A DNA stretch of 64,000 bases from Octopus sinensis. Taxonomy: Eukaryota. A program made the translations under genes and the position numbers. Below the pieces are notes generated by a model. That model saw only the letters and a program-made list of their open reading frames with translations. It ran no database searches and was not told where the DNA came from. How positions within the stretch are numbered: position 1 is the first letter of the stretch; each line of letters begins with the position of its first letter. Shown here one piece after another: positions 62,001 through 64,000 of the stretch. The stretch lies in contig NC_043021.1 of the NCBI RefSeq assembly GCF_006345805.1, positions 12,648,001 through 12,712,000 of the forward strand, written 5' to 3'.

Positions 62001-62709
62001 GGTATGTAGATAGGTAGACAGACAGACAGACAGAAATATAAATAGAGAGATAGGTGGACATGGAAGCACTCCGTTGGTTACGACGACGAGGATTCCGGTT
62101 GATCCGAATCAACGGAACAGCCTGCTCGTGAAATTAACGAGTAAGTGGCTGAGCACTCCACAGAAACGTGTACCATTAACATAGTTCTCGGGGATATTCA
62201 GCGTGACACAGAGAGTGACAAGGCCGGCCCTTTGAAATATAGGTACAACAGAAACAGGAAGTAAGAGTGAGAGAAAGTTGTGGTGAAAGAGTACAGCAGG
62301 GATCACCACCATCCCCTGCCGGAGCCTTGTGGAGCTTTAGGTGTTTTTGCTCAATAAACACTCACAACGCCCGGTCTGGGAATCGAAACCGCGATCCTAT
62401 GACCGCGAGTCCGCTGCCCTAACCACTGGGCCATTGCGCCTCCACAAGAGAGATAGGTAGATAGGCAAAGAGATGGGGAGAGAAAGACCGATAGCTAGGG
62501 AGATAGACAGACAAAAGCAAGCAGATAAACAGAGTGACAGATAGTCAGATAGACAGATAATACTTACTTAATTTACATGGTTGTTGTTGAAATGTAACTG
62601 GAGTGTTTTTCCAGTTCAGATCAAAGAAGAATGCCCTCCATGCAAACAGAGTTTCTGCATTGAAGGGGACTGATTTAGAAAGGAGCCGGAGTAAAGACTC
62701 TTTAAAATT
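34553..62709 (-). CDS. ADGB: Androglobin, 3' portion (globin H helix, IQ motif, globin A-C helices, C-terminal region); 5' exons beyond the window
   Basis: Exons 62709-62568, 60606-60576, 58679-58585, 57689-57596, 55979-55845, 54758-54605, 52910-52720, 50787-50585, 49601-49558, 47840-47729, 45270-45071, 41211-41116, 39032-38869, 37574-37391 and 34735-34553 join in frame (2028 nt). Motifs recalled from vertebrate ADGB: [66 protein letters not shown]...F..RE.YR. Confidence 0.93.
35603..35823. mobile_element. piggyBac-type MITE
   Basis: TTAA|cccttttgttac ... gtaacgaaaggg|TTAA. Confidence 0.85.
36737..37003. mobile_element. Solo LTR (Gypsy- or BEL-like), 267 bp
   Basis: TGTGGTGT...ACACTACA termini (7/8 inverted); 5-bp TSD GGACC at 36732-36736 and 37004-37008; CpG-rich. 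Confidence 0.85.
37391..37574 (-). CDS. ADGB: ADGB exon (coiled-coil region)
   Basis: aaag| [61 protein letters not shown] |gtacag. Confidence 0.9.
38460..38850. repeat. Compound (GT)n microsatellite with periodic GGCTCT interruptions
   Basis: Direct reading; generates spurious HT/CV-rich ORFs. Confidence 0.9.
38869..39032 (-). CDS. ADGB: ADGB exon
   Basis: gtag| [54 protein letters not shown](K) |gtaaga. Confidence 0.88.
39740..40210 (-). mobile_element. L1/Tx1-like LINE ORF2 C-terminal remnant
   Basis: [32 protein letters not shown], with stops; family assignment from memory. Confidence 0.45.
41116..41211 (-). CDS. ADGB: ADGB exon
   Basis: ttag| [32 protein letters not shown] |gtaagg. 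Confidence 0.95.
41331..41665 (-). mobile_element. Hammerhead-bearing non-autonomous retroelement (Penelope-like?) flanked by 23-bp direct repeats
   Basis: tgtgaagtatattt(a/g)ccacttaa at 41308-41330 and 41666-41688; contains the hammerhead motif. Confidence 0.55.
41476..41520 (-). ncRNA. Minimal type-I hammerhead ribozyme motif, canonical core
   Basis: cacacg CUGAUGA C GGGU-caau-ACCC A GAAA C-ucga-G UC caugug: stem I 5/6 bp, stem II 4 bp, palindromic stem III ACUCGAGU, GUC cleavage triplet. Confidence 0.75.
43151..44580 (-). mobile_element. 5'-truncated RTE-clade LINE with tandem-repeat 3' UTR and (GAT)n tail
   Basis: [20 protein letters not shown]...RRLRWYGH..., continuing into [14 protein letters not shown]; the 3' UTR runs through a 62-bp array into gcatggaaagcggacgttaaa(tga)n. 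Confidence 0.9.
43327..43980. repeat. 62-bp tandem array with alternating A/B monomers, inside the RTE 3' UTR
   Basis: Eight alternating units followed by about three diverged units. Confidence 0.9.
45071..45270 (-). CDS. ADGB: ADGB exon
   Basis: tcag| [17 protein letters not shown]...[19 protein letters not shown] |gtaagt. Confidence 0.9.
45300..45580 (+). mobile_element. R4/Dong-like LINE 3' end (restriction-like endonuclease)
   Basis: [54 protein letters not shown]; flanked by (TAA)n. Confidence 0.85.
46124..46493 (+). mobile_element. Helentron-associated (DINE/HINE-like) non-autonomous element
   Basis: Starts aacagcaagagcactcagagagtacaaacc; ends with a degenerate stem-loop acctccacctgcactaaggcagaagtaa; (acaa)n core. 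Confidence 0.4.
47729..47840 (-). CDS. ADGB: ADGB exon
   Basis: acag| [37 protein letters not shown](M) |gtaagt. Confidence 0.92.
49050..49415 (+). mobile_element. R4/Dong-like LINE fragment (CCHC zinc knuckle region)
   Basis: MHGQF...[21 protein letters not shown]...[18 protein letters not shown]. Confidence 0.85.
49558..49601 (-). CDS. ADGB: ADGB 44-nt exon
   Basis: ttccag| [14 protein letters not shown] |gtgagt; supplies the phase 1-to-0 change needed. Confidence 0.72.
50585..50787 (-). CDS. ADGB: ADGB exon
   Basis: tcag| [67 protein letters not shown](S) |gtacgt. Confidence 0.93.
50830..51760. repeat. Degenerate minisatellite array (gtagatgtaaggattaa core)
   Basis: Dozens of aggatta cores with recurring higher-order blocks. 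Confidence 0.85.
52720..52910 (-). CDS. ADGB: ADGB exon
   Basis: acag| [63 protein letters not shown](S) |gtgagt. Confidence 0.93.
54605..54758 (-). CDS. ADGB: ADGB exon
   Basis: ccag| [51 protein letters not shown] |gtcagt. Confidence 0.93.
55845..55979 (-). CDS. ADGB: ADGB exon
   Basis: ccag| [44 protein letters not shown](R) |gtaaga. Confidence 0.92.
56038..56611 (+). mobile_element. Mariner internal-deletion derivative
   Basis: TA flanks; TIRs ttaggtcatccggaaagtttgtgcc and ggcacgaactttccggacaacccaa; N-terminal transposase [16 protein letters not shown]...[21 protein letters not shown]; catalytic domain absent. Confidence 0.9.
57596..57689 (-). CDS. ADGB: ADGB exon (globin A-B helices)
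   Basis: aaag| [30 protein letters not shown](R) |gtaatt. Confidence 0.9.
58585..58679 (-). CDS. ADGB: ADGB exon (IQ calmodulin-binding motif)
   Basis: acag| [31 protein letters not shown](G) |gtaaga. Confidence 0.93.
60576..60606 (-). CDS. ADGB: ADGB 31-nt micro-exon
   Basis: ctacag| TEKYDPFPQ(M) |gtgagt; supplies the phase 1-to-2 change needed between its neighbours. Confidence 0.7.
60987..61363. repeat. 18-bp minisatellite, ~21 units (gctatgcaccttcacata)
   Basis: Direct reading; contiguous with a SINE head. Confidence 0.9.
62255..62445 (-). mobile_element. tRNA-head SINE family D
   Basis: gtggaggcgcaatggcccagtggttagggcagcgg...gtttcgattccc; copies at ~1770-2075, 32510-32813, 40250-40547, 48521-48785 and 57985-58263. 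Confidence 0.8.
62568..62709 (-). CDS. ADGB: ADGB exon (globin H-helix region)
   Basis: gtag| [47 protein letters not shown](K) |gtaagt. Confidence 0.88.
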
Positions 62710-62741
62710 CTACAATGAGACAAAACAAAACCTCAGAGTAA

Positions 62742-62775
<34 letters not shown>

Positions 62776-63205
62776 ACGTGCACACACACACACACAAGCA
62801 CATACGTACATGCACGCATATATATAATCAAGACATCGCAAAAAGGAATGGAGAATTACACATCTTCAAAACTTGTTTATTACAGTATTATTCTCATTAA
62901 ATTCACATTAGATTCCAATCCAACACCTGTTTCTTCTGCATAATTGTCATATTGTCCTTTGATCTAGCATTTAGGTACATTTAGTTGGTTCATTTGCAGT
63001 GATATTCTCCTTTCTTACTTGTCCTATTTCTTCCTCTCCTACTCTTTTAACCATTCTTTTCTATTTGTCCCTGCCTGCTTGCATGACTCATTTGCACTTT
63101 ACTGCTAGTTATCTATCTTCCCTTCTCTGTCTGTCTATCTGTCTCTTTGTCCATCTGTCTGTCTCTCTCTGTCCCTCTGTCTATCTGTTTGCCTGCCTGT
63201 TTGTC

Positions 63206-63244
<39 letters not shown>

Positions 63245-63459
63245 ATCTATCTATCTCTATCTAATCCACTTCACTTTAGAATACTTTCTTTCTCTCTCTT
63301 CCACTTCTCTCAGCACAGCCACTGCTTTCCCTTTACAGCCTGACAGAAATACAGTGTGCATAAGATATTTGAGGGCAGATTTACGTTTATAAAAAAAACA
63401 GATATACAATAACAGATAATAACTTTATTTATCAAAGAATGCTATGAAGATAAAAATAA

Positions 63460-64000
63460 ACCCCTAAAACCATGACAGTTGCAGGAAATTTTGTATGCAT
63501 AACACTTGGAACTTCAGAAGGGTCTGCACATAACCATCTGTCATTTCTTCTCTTATCTATTTGATCTTAGTTGAAGTTTTTCTCATTTAAGAAAAGCCAA
63601 ATCAAATCTTCTTCTGCTGGATTTTTCAGTTTGTTTAAGAGTCTTTTAGATCTGATATAGTGATTTACTTTTGCTTTTTCTGACAAAGTGACCTTTCTAT
63701 TCCTTTACTACCCACAAGGGGCTAAACACAGAGAGGACAAACGGATTAAGTCGATTACATTGACCCCAGTGCTTAACTGGTACTTAATTTATCGACCCCG
63801 AAAGGATGAAAGGCAAAGTCGACCTCGGTGGAATTTGAATTCAGAACATAACAGCAGACGAAATACGGCTACGCATTTCGCCCGGCGTGCTTACATTTCT
63901 GCCAGCTCGCCACCTGACAAAGTGACCATTCCTCACCATATAAGACTTATACCTGATGTCTTTGTGAACGACATTTCTGACTGTTCCTTCTGACACATGG
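63460..64000 (-). mobile_element. Tc1/mariner (maT/DD37D-like) transposase remnant interrupted by a SINE
   Basis: VSEGTVRNVVHKDIRYKSY... then KRLLNKLKNP...FLNEKNFN*DQ...RRNDRWLCADPSEVPSVMHTKFPATVMVLGV, with a stop. Confidence 0.85.
63694..63914 (-). mobile_element. SINE family C with 13-14 bp TSD
   Basis: tgacaaagtgacc at 63681-63693 and 63915-63927; family copies at ~8380-8608, 23677-23908 and 39315-39541, and a dimer at 7392-7804. Confidence 0.85.

Noticed and set aside
62840-62960. Possible next upstream ADGB exon
   Set aside because: No convincing acceptor tract or recognisable motif.

Overview
AT-rich, microsatellite- and SINE-dense animal DNA. The tRNA-head SINEs, RTE and R4/Dong-like LINE debris and gene content suggest an octopus/coleoid genome (inference). 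Two spliced genes converge tail-to-tail. (1) Plus strand: an SLC6 Na+/Cl--dependent amino-acid-type transporter, rebuilt by hand as 13 phase-consistent GT-AG exons (264-27111, 602 codons); the start codon lies upstream of the window and the last exon is uncertain. (2) Minus strand: the 3' part of androglobin (ADGB), 15 phase-consistent exons (62709 to 34553, 675 aa plus stop), including the IQ motif that splits the circularly permuted globin. Most ORFs in the supplied track are microsatellite or SINE artefacts. The most notable non-coding signal is five minimal type-I hammerhead-ribozyme folds of the Penelope-like-element type, all in the sense orientation of host introns. One has an intact core (41476-41520, ADGB intron). 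Three share an unusual CUGU(A/G)GA core, and two of these flank SLC6 exon 3. Several long hairpins or inverted duplications lie next to exons and are candidate ADAR substrates. Also present: a solo LTR with TSD, a triplicated 3' splice site, a structured ~210-bp SINE-like family and a minisatellite derived from a SINE head. All structures were read by eye; nothing was computed or searched.
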